From NCBI GenBank assembly GCA_963818795.1, contig CAWFTK010000002.1:504298-568297 (forward strand): a stretch of DNA of 64,000 bases, given 5' to 3'. The position numbers and the translations under genes were made by a program. The stretch's first letter is position 1. Every line of letters begins with the position of its first letter. Origin of the DNA: an uncultured Solirubrobacterales bacterium. GTDB lineage: Bacteria; Actinomycetota; Thermoleophilia; Solirubrobacterales; Solirubrobacteraceae. Shown in pieces: positions 1 to 8,832 of this stretch. Below the pieces are notes generated by a model. The model saw nothing but the letters and a program-made list of their open reading frames with translations. It made no database searches and was not told the DNA's origin.

Positions 1-348
1 GAAGACCCCGTAATTGGGCAGGTGGGTCTTGCGGTAGATCGTTCGAATCTCGCCGTCGGCGAGGACGGCCGCCGCGTTGTAGACGCCCTCGGCGCGCTCG
101 GGGAAGCCGACGACCGCGACGATCCCCCGCGTGTCGCTCGCAAGCTGTTCCAGCGCGCGTCGCGCGTCGCTGAGGAAGTGCTCGCGCAGCAGCAGATCCT
201 CGGGCGGATAGCCCGTGAGCGCCAGCTCTGGGAACAGCACCAGCTCGGCGCCGGCCTCGCTGGCCGCGTCGATGCCCGCGCGGATGCGCCCCGCGTTGCC
301 GTCGATGTCGCCGACGGTGGCGTTCAACTGGCAGAGGGCCAGACGCAC
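1..348 (-). CDS. nadE: NAD+ synthase (glutamine-hydrolysing), N-terminal carbon-nitrogen hydrolase domain. Only the 5' part is present; the gene runs off the left edge.
   Basis: My own translation of the minus strand from the GTG at 348 gives VRLALCQLNATVGDIDGNAGRIRAGIDAASEAGAELVLFPELALTGYPPEDLLL...THLPNYGVF, a typical NadE/nitrilase-fold N-terminus. It starts 3 nt after the stop of the upstream gene. It is absent from the ORF track because it is cut by the window edge. Confidence 0.7.
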   Translation of the reverse strand, partial: MRLALCQLNATVGDIDGNAGRIRAGIDAASEAGAELVLFPELALTGYPPEDLLLREHFLSDARRALEQLASDTRGIVAVVGFPERAEGVYNAAAVLADGEIRTIYRKTHLPNYGVF

Positions 349-351
349 CGG

Positions 352-1905
352 TCAGGGTTTGACCGGCGCCGCTTTGCCGGATGTTGCTGCAGACGCTTTC
401 GCGCGCGGGCGCGCCTTCTTCGGAGCTTTTGTCTTAGCCGCGGCAGTGGTTGGTGTCGCGGCGCGCTTGCCGTTGCTCGCGCGAGGTGCTTTGGCCCTCT
501 GCGGCGATGGCACATGTGCGGCTCGGGCGAGCTGGCGAACCGCATGCTCGAGATCCAGTGCGATCGCGTCGAGGTCGGGGAGCGCGTCGTAGTCGCCGAG
601 CAGGCCGAAGCCGAGGTGGCCGTTGTAGCTCATCACTGCGATCCCGAGTGCCTGGCGGCGCGCGAGCGGGACGACTGGGTAGAGCGAGCGCAGGCGGTGA
701 CCGAGCAGGTACAGCGGGAACTGCGGCCCCGGCACGTTGGTCACGACGAGGTTGAAGTAGCGCTGGCGGGCCTGCAGCCGGGCGGCCTGACTGAGGATCG
801 TCGGTGGGGCGAAGCCCGCGAGGTTGGTCAGCGCCTGTGCGCCGACGGCCTGGCCGGAGCGCTTGAGGTTCTCCATCGCCAGGCGGATCTGCTCGAGGCA
901 GTCCGCGGGATCCTCGACGCCCACCGGCAGCGGTGCCCACATCGCCGCGACTTGGTTGCCGAGGGCGCCGCGCTGGCTATCGGCGCGCACGGAGACCGGC
1001 ACCATCGCCTTAAGCACTAGGCCCGTTGTGTCGTGGCCGCTGCGCCGCAGCCAGCGGCCCAGCGCGAGGCTGACCGACGCGAGCACCACATCGTTGAGCG
1101 TGCCGCCGAGCGAGTCCTTGATGCTCTTGAACAGCGCGAGATCGGCGTCGACGAACGTGTAGCGGCGATGTGGGCCGATGTCGACATTCAGCGGCGAGGG
1201 CGGTGCCGGCGCGTTGATGCCCGCGAGCGTCGTCGCGCTGATGCTCTCGAGGTTGCGGCGCAGCTGGCCCAGCGCGCGGCGCGGCGCGCGCATCACCCTG
1301 CGTGCCCCGCGTGCGATCTCGCCGGGCACCGTGGTGCGTTCGAGCAGCGCCTCGCCCAGCAGCTTCGCCGAGCCGGGCAGCGGCCGCGGGTTCCACGGCT
1401 CCGTGTGCCCCGGTGAGGTGAGCGGCACGGCGGCGGTGTCGAACAGCACGGTCGTGATGTCCACGCCGGAAATGCCGTCGACAAGCGCATGGTGGGTCTT
1501 AGCGATCAGCGCGAAGCGCTGTCCGGCCATGCGGTCCACGAGCCAGATCTCCCACAGTGGCTTGGAGCGATCAAGGCGCTGGGAGAAGAGCCGCCCCGCG
1601 AGCTGCTTGAGCGCGGCCTCGTCGCCGGGACGCGGCAGCGCGGTGTGGCGGATGTGGTAGTGAGGGTTGAAGTGCGGGTCGTCAGTCCACACCGGACGTC
1701 CCTGGTCGAGCGGCACGTAAGCCAGGCGCTGGCGGTAGCGCGGCACGAGGTGCAGCCGGCTGAGCACGTGATCGACGAGCTCCTGCGGGGTCGGCGCTTG
1801 ACCTTCGAAGATCATTACCGAGGCGACGTGCATGTGCGCCGTCGAGTTGTCCTCGAGATGCAGGAACGCGGTATCCAGCCCGGTGAGCCGATCGGGGTTC
1901 GCCAT
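352..1905 (-). CDS. wax ester synthase/diacylglycerol O-acyltransferase (WS/DGAT) family protein with a basic Lys/Ala/Pro-rich C-terminal tail
   Basis: 517-aa ORF. N-terminal LTGLDTAFLHLE block and catalytic HHxxxDG motif (KTHHALVDGISG). ATG at 1905. Confidence 0.9.
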   Translation of the reverse strand: MANPDRLTGLDTAFLHLEDNSTAHMHVASVMIFEGQAPTPQELVDHVLSRLHLVPRYRQRLAYVPLDQGRPVWTDDPHFNPHYHIRHTALPRPGDEAALKQLAGRLFSQRLDRSKPLWEIWLVDRMAGQRFALIAKTHHALVDGISGVDITTVLFDTAAVPLTSPGHTEPWNPRPLPGSAKLLGEALLERTTVPGEIARGARRVMRAPRRALGQLRRNLESISATTLAGINAPAPPSPLNVDIGPHRRYTFVDADLALFKSIKDSLGGTLNDVVLASVSLALGRWLRRSGHDTTGLVLKAMVPVSVRADSQRGALGNQVAAMWAPLPVGVEDPADCLEQIRLAMENLKRSGQAVGAQALTNLAGFAPPTILSQAARLQARQRYFNLVVTNVPGPQFPLYLLGHRLRSLYPVVPLARRQALGIAVMSYNGHLGFGLLGDYDALPDLDAIALDLEHAVRQLARAAHVPSPQRAKAPRASNGKRAATPTTAAAKTKAPKKARPRAKASAATSGKAAPVKP

Positions 1906-2014
1906 CAGCTGATTGTGGCTGCTCGGGGACGGGGAGTCAACGACCGAGGCTGAAATCTTCGTCGCAGATCGAAATCGCCGCCAGCCAGCTCTGTCGCGAG
2001 CCTCCTGAGCACGC

Positions 2015-3361
2015 TCAAGTCATCCCGGCTGCGGAGGCCGATGGAGAGATCGCGCCGCGCCCCGCCGGGGCCAGCGTGCGGTCTACCGCGCGCATCCCCG
2101 GAAGCAGCAGTCCTCCGAGCGTCGCCGCGGCGCCCGCCAGTCCCGCGCCGATCAGGGTCGCGCGAACCCCGAATGCGGCGCTGAGCGGCGCGGTCAGCGC
2201 GAAGGACACCGGCAGCAGCCCGATCGAGATGAGCCAGTCCAGGCTCGAGACGCGTCCGAGCATGTGGCCGGGCACGTGGCGCTGCTTGATCGTCGCCCAC
2301 ACGATCGTCCCCGCGGTCTCCAGCAGGTTGAAGGCGAGGCTGGCCAGCATCAGCTGCCAGATCGCGCTCGCCAGTCCGTAGCCGGCAACCGCGAGCGTGG
2401 CGAGCGCCCAGACGACATAGATGAACGTCATGCCGCGCGAGGGCAACCCGCTGCGAGCCATCACCAGCGCACAGGCGACCGAACCGAAGCCACCCGCGCC
2501 CAACACGAGGCCGAGCTGCACGCCGCTGCCGCCGAGGACGTGCTTGACCATGAACGGCAGCAGTACCTCCGCGGGCCCCATGAACAGCAGGTAGGCGATG
2601 CCCGCGCTCGCGAAGGTTCCCCACAGCCAGACGTGACGGCGCACGTAGACCCAGCCCTCGCGCAGCTCGCCGCTGCTCGCAAGCGCCCAGCGCTTACCCG
2701 CGTGGCGCCGATCCGCGTGCCGGCTGTCCTCTGCGGGGCCCCGCCGCGCGCGCTCGCGCGCGTACGCGCGCGCGGCGGGGTTCGCAACAGACATCGACCA
2801 CAGCGTCGCCGCCGAGACAAGGAACGTCGCTCCGTCGGCCAGAAATGCCGAGCCGGCCCCCAGCACCCCGACGAGCACACCTCCGACCGCGGGGCCCGCC
2901 AGACGCAGCGCGACCGGACGTACTACCTGCTCGAGCGCGTTGGCCTGTCCAAGCTGCCACTCCGGCAGCAGCTCCGGCAGAATCGCGTCGCTAGCCGGAT
3001 CAAAGAACGCCTGCGCGGCGCCATAGAGGGCGACGATCACCATCATCTGCCACAGGTGCAACGTGCCGCTGATCGCCAGCGCGGCGAGCAGCGCGAGCAG
3101 AACCGCGCGCATCAGGTCCGCGAGCAGCATCACGCGGCGGCGACTGTGCCGGTCGCTGACCACCCCGCCGAACAGCAGCAGAGCGATCAGTGGCACCGTC
3201 ATCGCGATGCCGAGCAGGGCCAGCGCGGACGGCGCGTTCGAGATGGTGTATGCCTGCCAGGCAAGCGCCACCAAGAACGCGCCGTCCCCGAGCAGCGAAA
3301 CGCTGCGCCCGGCGAACAGCAACCGAAAGTCGCGGTTCGCGAGGACGCCGCTACGCAGCAT
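2015..3361 (-). CDS. MFS transporter (EntS/MFS_3-like)
   Basis: Multi-TM ORF with the N-terminal NRDFRLLFAGRSVSLLGDG motif typical of this MFS subfamily. The likely start is the ATG at 3361 (MLRSGVLANRDF), which overlaps the upstream stop by 11 nt. Confidence 0.8.
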   Translation of the reverse strand: MLRSGVLANRDFRLLFAGRSVSLLGDGAFLVALAWQAYTISNAPSALALLGIAMTVPLIALLLFGGVVSDRHSRRRVMLLADLMRAVLLALLAALAISGTLHLWQMMVIVALYGAAQAFFDPASDAILPELLPEWQLGQANALEQVVRPVALRLAGPAVGGVLVGVLGAGSAFLADGATFLVSAATLWSMSVANPAARAYARERARRGPAEDSRHADRRHAGKRWALASSGELREGWVYVRRHVWLWGTFASAGIAYLLFMGPAEVLLPFMVKHVLGGSGVQLGLVLGAGGFGSVACALVMARSGLPSRGMTFIYVVWALATLAVAGYGLASAIWQLMLASLAFNLLETAGTIVWATIKQRHVPGHMLGRVSSLDWLISIGLLPVSFALTAPLSAAFGVRATLIGAGLAGAAATLGGLLLPGMRAVDRTLAPAGRGAISPSASAAGMT

Positions 3362-6198
3362 CTTGCGGGGCCGGCACCGGCCCGCCGGACTCCAGCCCAT
3401 TCGCCTCCGGCCTGCCCGCGAGGTAGTCGGCGAGGTGCCCCGACTCCATCGGGTGCGCGAAGTGGAAGCCCTGACCGAGCTCGCAGCCGAGGTCGCGCAG
3501 ACGGCTGAGCTGCTCGTCGAGCTCGATGCCCTCCGCGACGACCTCCAGCGAGAGCGAGCTCCCGAGCGCCACGACCGCGCTGGAGAGATCGAGCGCCTCG
3601 CGGGTCGTATCGGGCCGTAGGAAAGAGCGGTCCATCTTGATCACGTCGACCGGGAAGCGGCTCAGGTAGCTCAGCGACGAGTAGCCGGTGCCGAAGTCAT
3701 CCATCGCGACGCGCACACCGAGCGCCCGCAGTTCCTTGAGCTTGACGACCGCGATGTCCGGGTCGTCGATCAGCATCGACTCGGTGATCTCCAGCGTCAG
3801 CAGGCTCGGCTCCAGGCCGGACTCCGCGAGCGCGTCGCGCACGTCGGAAATCACGTCGCTGTGCTGGAGCTGCTTGACGGAGAGGTTCACGCACATGTAC
3901 AGGCTCCCGTCGGCCCCGTTCTCCGCCCACAGGCGTTGCACCGAGACGGCCTGGCGGCAGGCCTCGCGCAGCACCCAGCGCCCGATCGGGACGATCAGGC
4001 CGGTCTCCTCGGCGAACGGAATGAAATCGCCAGGGACGACCAGGCCTCGCTCGGGGTGGTGCCAGCGCAGCAGCGCCTCCATGCCCGCGACGCACCCGTC
4101 GGCGAGCCGCACAATCGGCTGGTAATGCAGCTCGAACTGGCCGTTCTCCAACGCCCGCTGCAGGTCGGCGCGTAGCTCTAGACGCGCGAGCACGCCGGCG
4201 TGCATCTCGGGCTCGAACAGCCGATAGCCGCCCTTGCCGTCGCGCTTGGCGATGTACATCGCGGCGTCGGCGTCGCGGATCAGCTCGTCGGCGCCGGCGC
4301 CCGAGGTTCCCTCGAGGATCGAGATCCCGATGCTGCCGCGCACGACGAGCTCCTTGCCGGCGACCATCAGCGGCCGGCGCAGATCCTCGAGCACACGCTC
4401 GGCGACGTCGACCGCGGTCTGCGTACTATCGAGAATCCTCCAGCAGCACGACGAACTCGTCCCCACCGAAGCGCGCCGCGGTGTCGCTCGTGCGGATACT
4501 GGCCGACAGGCGCTTGGCAACGTCGATCAGCGCCGCGTCGCCGGCGCCGTGGCCGAGGCTGTCGTTGATCGTCTTGAAGTCGTCGATATCGAGGAAGATC
4601 ACCCCGAGCTCGCGCTCCTCGCGCCGCGCGCGACCGATCGCGTGGCGCACGCGCTCCACGAACAGCGCGCGGTTGGGCAGGTTGGTCACGGGATCGTGAA
4701 ATGCCTGGTGGGCGAGCTGCTCCTCGAAGACCTTGCGCTCTGAGATGTCGCGCGCATTGAGCACGATGCCGCGTACGTGCTCGTCATCGAGCAGGTTCGT
4801 GTGCAGAATCTCGAACTGACGCAGGCTGCCATCGTGGTGGCGCAGCGTGCACTCGATGACCTGTCCATCGCGACGCGCGTAGGCCGCGCCGTCGGCGAGC
4901 AGCTGCAGCAGACGCCCGGCGTCCTCCTTGGCGACGATGCGATCGAAGCGAGTTCCCAGCAGCTCGTCCGGCGGATAGCCGAGCACGTGTTCGGAGGACG
5001 GGCTCTGATAGGTGATCGTGGTGTCCGCGCCGACGACCGTGATCAGGTCGCTGGAGTGCTGCACGAGCGAGGCGAAGCGCTCCTCGCTGCTGCGACGTTG
5101 GAGCTCCGCCGTCAGGCGTGCCTTCTCCTCGGCGAAGGCACGCTCGCGCTCGGCTGACTGCTCTTGCTGGCGCACCAGTCCGACCATGCGCATCACGACG
5201 AAGCCGAACAGCACCATCGATGCGCAGATGATCACGATCAGGTCGAGATCACCACGGCGCAGCTCCTTGAGCAGAATGCAGATCGGAGCGATCAGCGAGG
5301 CGCCGGTGAGGAGTGCGAGGCGCAGTGTCGTCAGCTTGGCCTCGCGGCCCAGCACCGGCTCGTCGAGGTCGACCATCGAGGGATGCAGGGCCGCGGTACC
5401 CCACAGCAGCTGGTAGGAGAACCAGCCGAGGTCGAGCAGTAGCTGATGGTGGAAGGCGCCTTCGAGCGTCATCACCCCGTAGACGAAGTCGGTACTCAGC
5501 AGCGCGAGGATGCTCGCGCTGAGGAAGTAGAAGGACGGGCGACGCCGGCCGGCGTCGAGCACGAGGCGGATCGCGGCGGCGAGCAAGATGATGTCCCCGA
5601 GCGGATAGGCCACCGAGACGAGCTTGGGCAGCAGTTCCAGCGAGCCGTCGTGCAGGTAGGGCGCGATCTGCAGCACCCACGAGAGCAGCGAGAGCCCCAG
5701 GGTCAGGATTGCGGCATCGATCAGCGTGTTGCGGTTGCGCTGCGGGTTGCGCTTGCGCACGAGCAGCAGCAGGCCCAGCATCTGCGCGGGATAGACGGTG
5801 AGGTAGATCGCGTCGCCGATCGAAGGGAACGGGACTTCGCCGTGCAGGATGTAGCGGGGGTAGCTGTAGGTGTAGACGTCGCCCAGCCAATAGAGGAAGA
5901 AGCCGAACGCGAACAGCCACCACGGCAGCGCGTACTTGGGTTTGTTGCGGCGGATGCCGAGGATCACGGCAATCCAGCTGGTCAGGCCGAGCGTGTTGAA
6001 GAACGCGGGATTGCCCTTCAGCGGCGGCACCAGGAGATACAGGAAAGCGCCCACCGCGCCGAAGGCGAGGTACCCCTCCCACAGCTGGATGCGGGGTCGA
6101 CGACCGCGCGACGGGCTGCGCTGCGCGTCGGCCGCGACGGGCGGCCCCTGCGCGGCCCCACGGGGACGCGAGGGAGCGAAGGCGATTATGTCCTTCAT
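3351..6198 (-). pseudogene. membrane sensor PAS-GGDEF-EAL protein (diguanylate cyclase/phosphodiesterase) split by one frameshift inside the GGDEF domain. Segments: 6198..4426 and 4520..3351.
   Basis: The upstream segment has about 9-10 TM helices, a PAS domain and the GGDEF start (DSLGHGAGD...RFGGDEFVVLLEDS then a stop). The second frame continues the same domain (DSTQTAVDVAERVLEDL...IGISI...AMYIAKRDGKG). It then carries an intact EAL domain (ELHYQPIV...MEALLRWHHPERG). The real start is the ATG at 6198 (MKDIIAF), which overlaps the upstream stop as ATGA. Confidence 0.8.
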
Positions 6199-7532
6199 GC
6201 CCTCTCCAGCGCTGAGTGGGTCGCGGCCGACTGCAGCTCGCCGCGCTCGGCGAGCTCGCCGAGGACGGCGATCAGTGAATTCACTTCGGCGTCGGTGTTT
6301 GCCGCGGTGAGCTGCACGCGGAAGCCGACCTCCGCCTTGGGCACGAGCGGGTAGGCGGCGAGCGTCACGTAGATGCCGCGCTCGAACAGCAGTCGGCCGA
6401 CCTCGTCGATTCGGGTGTGCTCGCGCAGCGGAACCTCGATGATCGGTAGCTGCGAGCGATTGGGCGTGTGGGCATCGAGCTCGCCGAGCGCGTCCAGCAC
6501 GCGGACGCTGTGGCGATGCACGGTGCGGCGCAGCTCGTCTCCGCGGCGCTCGTTGACGTCGAAGCCCGCGAGTACCGTCGCCAGCGAGGCGATCGGCGAG
6601 GGGCCCGAATATAGATACGGAGGCGCGGCGACCTTCAAGAGGTTCTTGACCTCGGTCGGGCAGGCGATGAACGCGAGCAGCGAGGAGTACGCCTTGGAGA
6701 AGCCGCCGATGAGGACCACATCGTCGTAGCTCTCGCCGAAGTGGCGCACGATGCTGTTGCCGCGCGCGCCATAGGGGCACAGCTCACCGGGGCCGTGCTC
6801 GCCGATTACACCGAAGCCGTGAGCGTCGTCGACGTACAGCAGCGCGCCGTGGCGACGCGTCACCTCGGCGAACGCCCGCAGGTCCGGGGGATTGCCGGTC
6901 ATGCTGTTGACCCCGTCCATGCAGACCAGTCGCGCGCTGTCGCGCTCGGCTGTGAGCAGCTCGTCGAGATGATCGGGATCCTCGAAGCGGAAGCGACGGA
7001 CCGCGGCACCGCGCGCGCGTGCTACCTGGCAGCCGTCATACATCGTCTTGTGCGCACGCGCGTCGAGGAAGATCGTTCCGGAGGCAGCCAGCACCGGAAT
7101 CACCGAGCCGTGGATGTGCGTGATCGTCGGCAGTACCAGCGAGTCCTCGCAGCCGAGCAGCGCGGTGAGGCGCTCCTCGATTTGCTCGTAGAGGACCGGG
7201 CTGCCCAGCAGGCGCGACCAGCTGGGATGGGTGCCCCACTCCTCGAGGAACGCGGGAACCGCCTGGATGATCTCGGGGTCGAGATCGAAGCCGAGGTAGT
7301 TGCACGAGGCGAAGTCCGCGAGCCAGCGCTCCCCGACGCGGATCATGCGCCCGTCGATCTCGGCGATCACGGCGTCCATCATCGGATGCGCGGCGCGCAG
7401 TGCCTCGATGTCAGCTACGGACTCCAGCCAGTGGTCGATCCAGCGGCCGGCCGGCCGAGAGGCCACGGCGCGTCTGGAGCTAGTGCGTGGAGCGCTCGTA
7501 AGTGCGGGGTTGGAGGCCAGCGAAGATGACAT
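6195..7532 (-). CDS. PLP-dependent alpha-oxoamine synthase (serine palmitoyltransferase / KBL / BioF family)
   Basis: SCNYLGF substrate block, VDDAHGFGV, and the PLP lysine in GGFSKAYSS. ATG at 7532 (MSSSLASN). The longer track ORF to 7700 adds only low-complexity residues. Confidence 0.85.
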   Translation of the reverse strand: MSSSLASNPALTSAPRTSSRRAVASRPAGRWIDHWLESVADIEALRAAHPMMDAVIAEIDGRMIRVGERWLADFASCNYLGFDLDPEIIQAVPAFLEEWGTHPSWSRLLGSPVLYEQIEERLTALLGCEDSLVLPTITHIHGSVIPVLAASGTIFLDARAHKTMYDGCQVARARGAAVRRFRFEDPDHLDELLTAERDSARLVCMDGVNSMTGNPPDLRAFAEVTRRHGALLYVDDAHGFGVIGEHGPGELCPYGARGNSIVRHFGESYDDVVLIGGFSKAYSSLLAFIACPTEVKNLLKVAAPPYLYSGPSPIASLATVLAGFDVNERRGDELRRTVHRHSVRVLDALGELDAHTPNRSQLPIIEVPLREHTRIDEVGRLLFERGIYVTLAAYPLVPKAEVGFRVQLTAANTDAEVNSLIAVLGELAERGELQSAATHSALERA

Positions 7533-7751
7533 ATTCGAACGACCATCGGATCTCCGCAGCAATGCCTTGATAGTTGGGCGCTCAACTCGGCGTTTCACGC
7601 AGCGCGCGCACGCGGGGGCGCTGGGGGTGAGAGACAGCCGTCGCGAGGCCGTTTGAGCGTGCGAGCGGGTTCTCGGAGATGTGTGCCCTTGCGCACACAA
7701 GCGCTACAAATGCTCACCTAACCTGTTCCGGCTCGTCCAAGAGAGCATTTT

Positions 7752-7927
7752 TTCGCCGAGTCGTCTCCGTTGTTGGAGGCGGGCGGGGGCCCACTGCCGG
7801 GCCGCGATGAGGTGGCTCGGATGGGGCGAATCGGCCGTTGCTGTGGCCGTAACGCCAGGTCGGCGCACGCCTTCGTGCGCGCGAGGTGGCGTGAGCCCGA
7901 CAGCTAACCCCGTAGGCGTGGACTCAA
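7752..7927 (+). promoter_or_regulatory. c-di-AMP riboswitch (ydaO/yuaA class) in the 5' leader of the RlpA-like gene
   Basis: Conserved ydaO blocks are seen: GGGGGCCCA (about 7786), GGGGCGAAUC (about 7822) and CCCGACAGCUAACCCCGUAGGCGUGG (7895-7921). A closing helix GAGUC (7758-7762) / GACUC (7921-7925) abuts the SD AAGGAGG (7926-7932). Confidence 0.65.
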
Positions 7928-7935
7928 GGAGGAAT

Positions 7936-8640
7936 ATGTACGTCCCCGCAACGCTTGCGCTGCCCGTGACGCCACCCAGCCAGGCCGGTGTGCTGGCCAC
8001 CCAACCAGCGACCGACATAGCATCGGCCGGTGTGCCGGCTACCCAACTGCTTGCCGGCGAAGTCGCGGTAGGGGAGCCGGTGCAGCCGGGGCCGCTGCGC
8101 ACCGCGCTGCATGTACGCGGCGCCGACCTCGACGTGCTCGTCGGCGGCAGCGCGACGATCGTGGGCACGCTAATACCGCGGCTTGCCGATCAACGGGTCG
8201 TTCTGCAACTGCGTGCTCGCCACGGTTGGCGAACAGTCGCCGGTACGCACACCGGCGCGCGCGGGCGCTACCGGCTGCATCTGCGCGCGCACGCGCTGGG
8301 CAGCAGGGGGGCGCGAGTGCTCTTCGCGGGCGACGCGCGGGCGCGCGGCTCGCACCGCCGTCTCGGGCTGCTCAGCGTCTTTCGGCTTGCCGGCGCTTCG
8401 TGGTACGGAGGAGGAGGCACCATGGCGTGCGGGGGTTGGCTGACGAGCTCGACCTTAGGAGTCGCCAACAAGACGCTGCCGTGTGGCACGCTCGTGACGC
8501 TGCGCTACGGCGGGCGCACCGTCCGCGTGCCGGTTGTCGACCGCGGTCCCTATGTCGTGGGGCGCGAATACGACCTAACTGAAGCGACCAAGCGCGCGCT
8601 GGGCTTCGAAGGGACGGGGGAGGTGTGGGCGACAGCCTGA
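7936..8640 (+). CDS. RlpA-like double-psi beta-barrel (DPBB) cell-wall protein
   Basis: The C-terminal GASWYGGGG..ACGG...VANKTLPCGTLVTLRYGGRTVRVPVVDRGPY..GREYDLTEATKRALG matches the RlpA/DPBB signature. ATG at 7936 is preceded by AAGGAGG. Confidence 0.8.
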   Translation: MYVPATLALPVTPPSQAGVLATQPATDIASAGVPATQLLAGEVAVGEPVQPGPLRTALHVRGADLDVLVGGSATIVGTLIPRLADQRVVLQLRARHGWRTVAGTHTGARGRYRLHLRAHALGSRGARVLFAGDARARGSHRRLGLLSVFRLAGASWYGGGGTMACGGWLTSSTLGVANKTLPCGTLVTLRYGGRTVRVPVVDRGPYVVGREYDLTEATKRALGFEGTGEVWATA

Positions 8641-8717
8641 GCGCGCTGTGGGGCACGCGACCGGCACAAGCCCCGCGGGCGCCGGGTGGGGCCCCGTGTC
8701 TGCAATGGCATTCGGTG

Positions 8718-8749
8718 ACCCCGCCGCGCGCGCGCACGCGCGGCGGGGT
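8718..8749. repeat. GC-rich palindromic element, copy 1 (possible terminator hairpin)
   Basis: aCCCCGCCGCGCG-cgcgca-CGCGCGGCGGGGt: perfect 12-bp stem with a 6-nt loop, intergenic. The same stem recurs at 36055-36102. Confidence 0.6.
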
Positions 8750-8832
8750 TCCCAAGCGAGAGTTCCTCCCCCGCCCGGCGCTAGAGTTCCCGCCCGGAGT
8801 GCTAGTCACGCGTGCATCGGAGGTCGCGCGGC

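Noticed and set aside
22-1020. 332-aa plus-strand ORF at the left edge.
   Set aside because: It is antisense to nadE and the WS/DGAT gene and has low-complexity Arg/Ala composition.
4426-6780. N-terminal 194-aa extension of the GGDEF ORF (6199-6780).
   Set aside because: It is Arg-rich and overlaps the 3' end of the oxoamine synthase gene in another frame. The ATG at 6198 with an ATGA stop/start overlap is the credible start.
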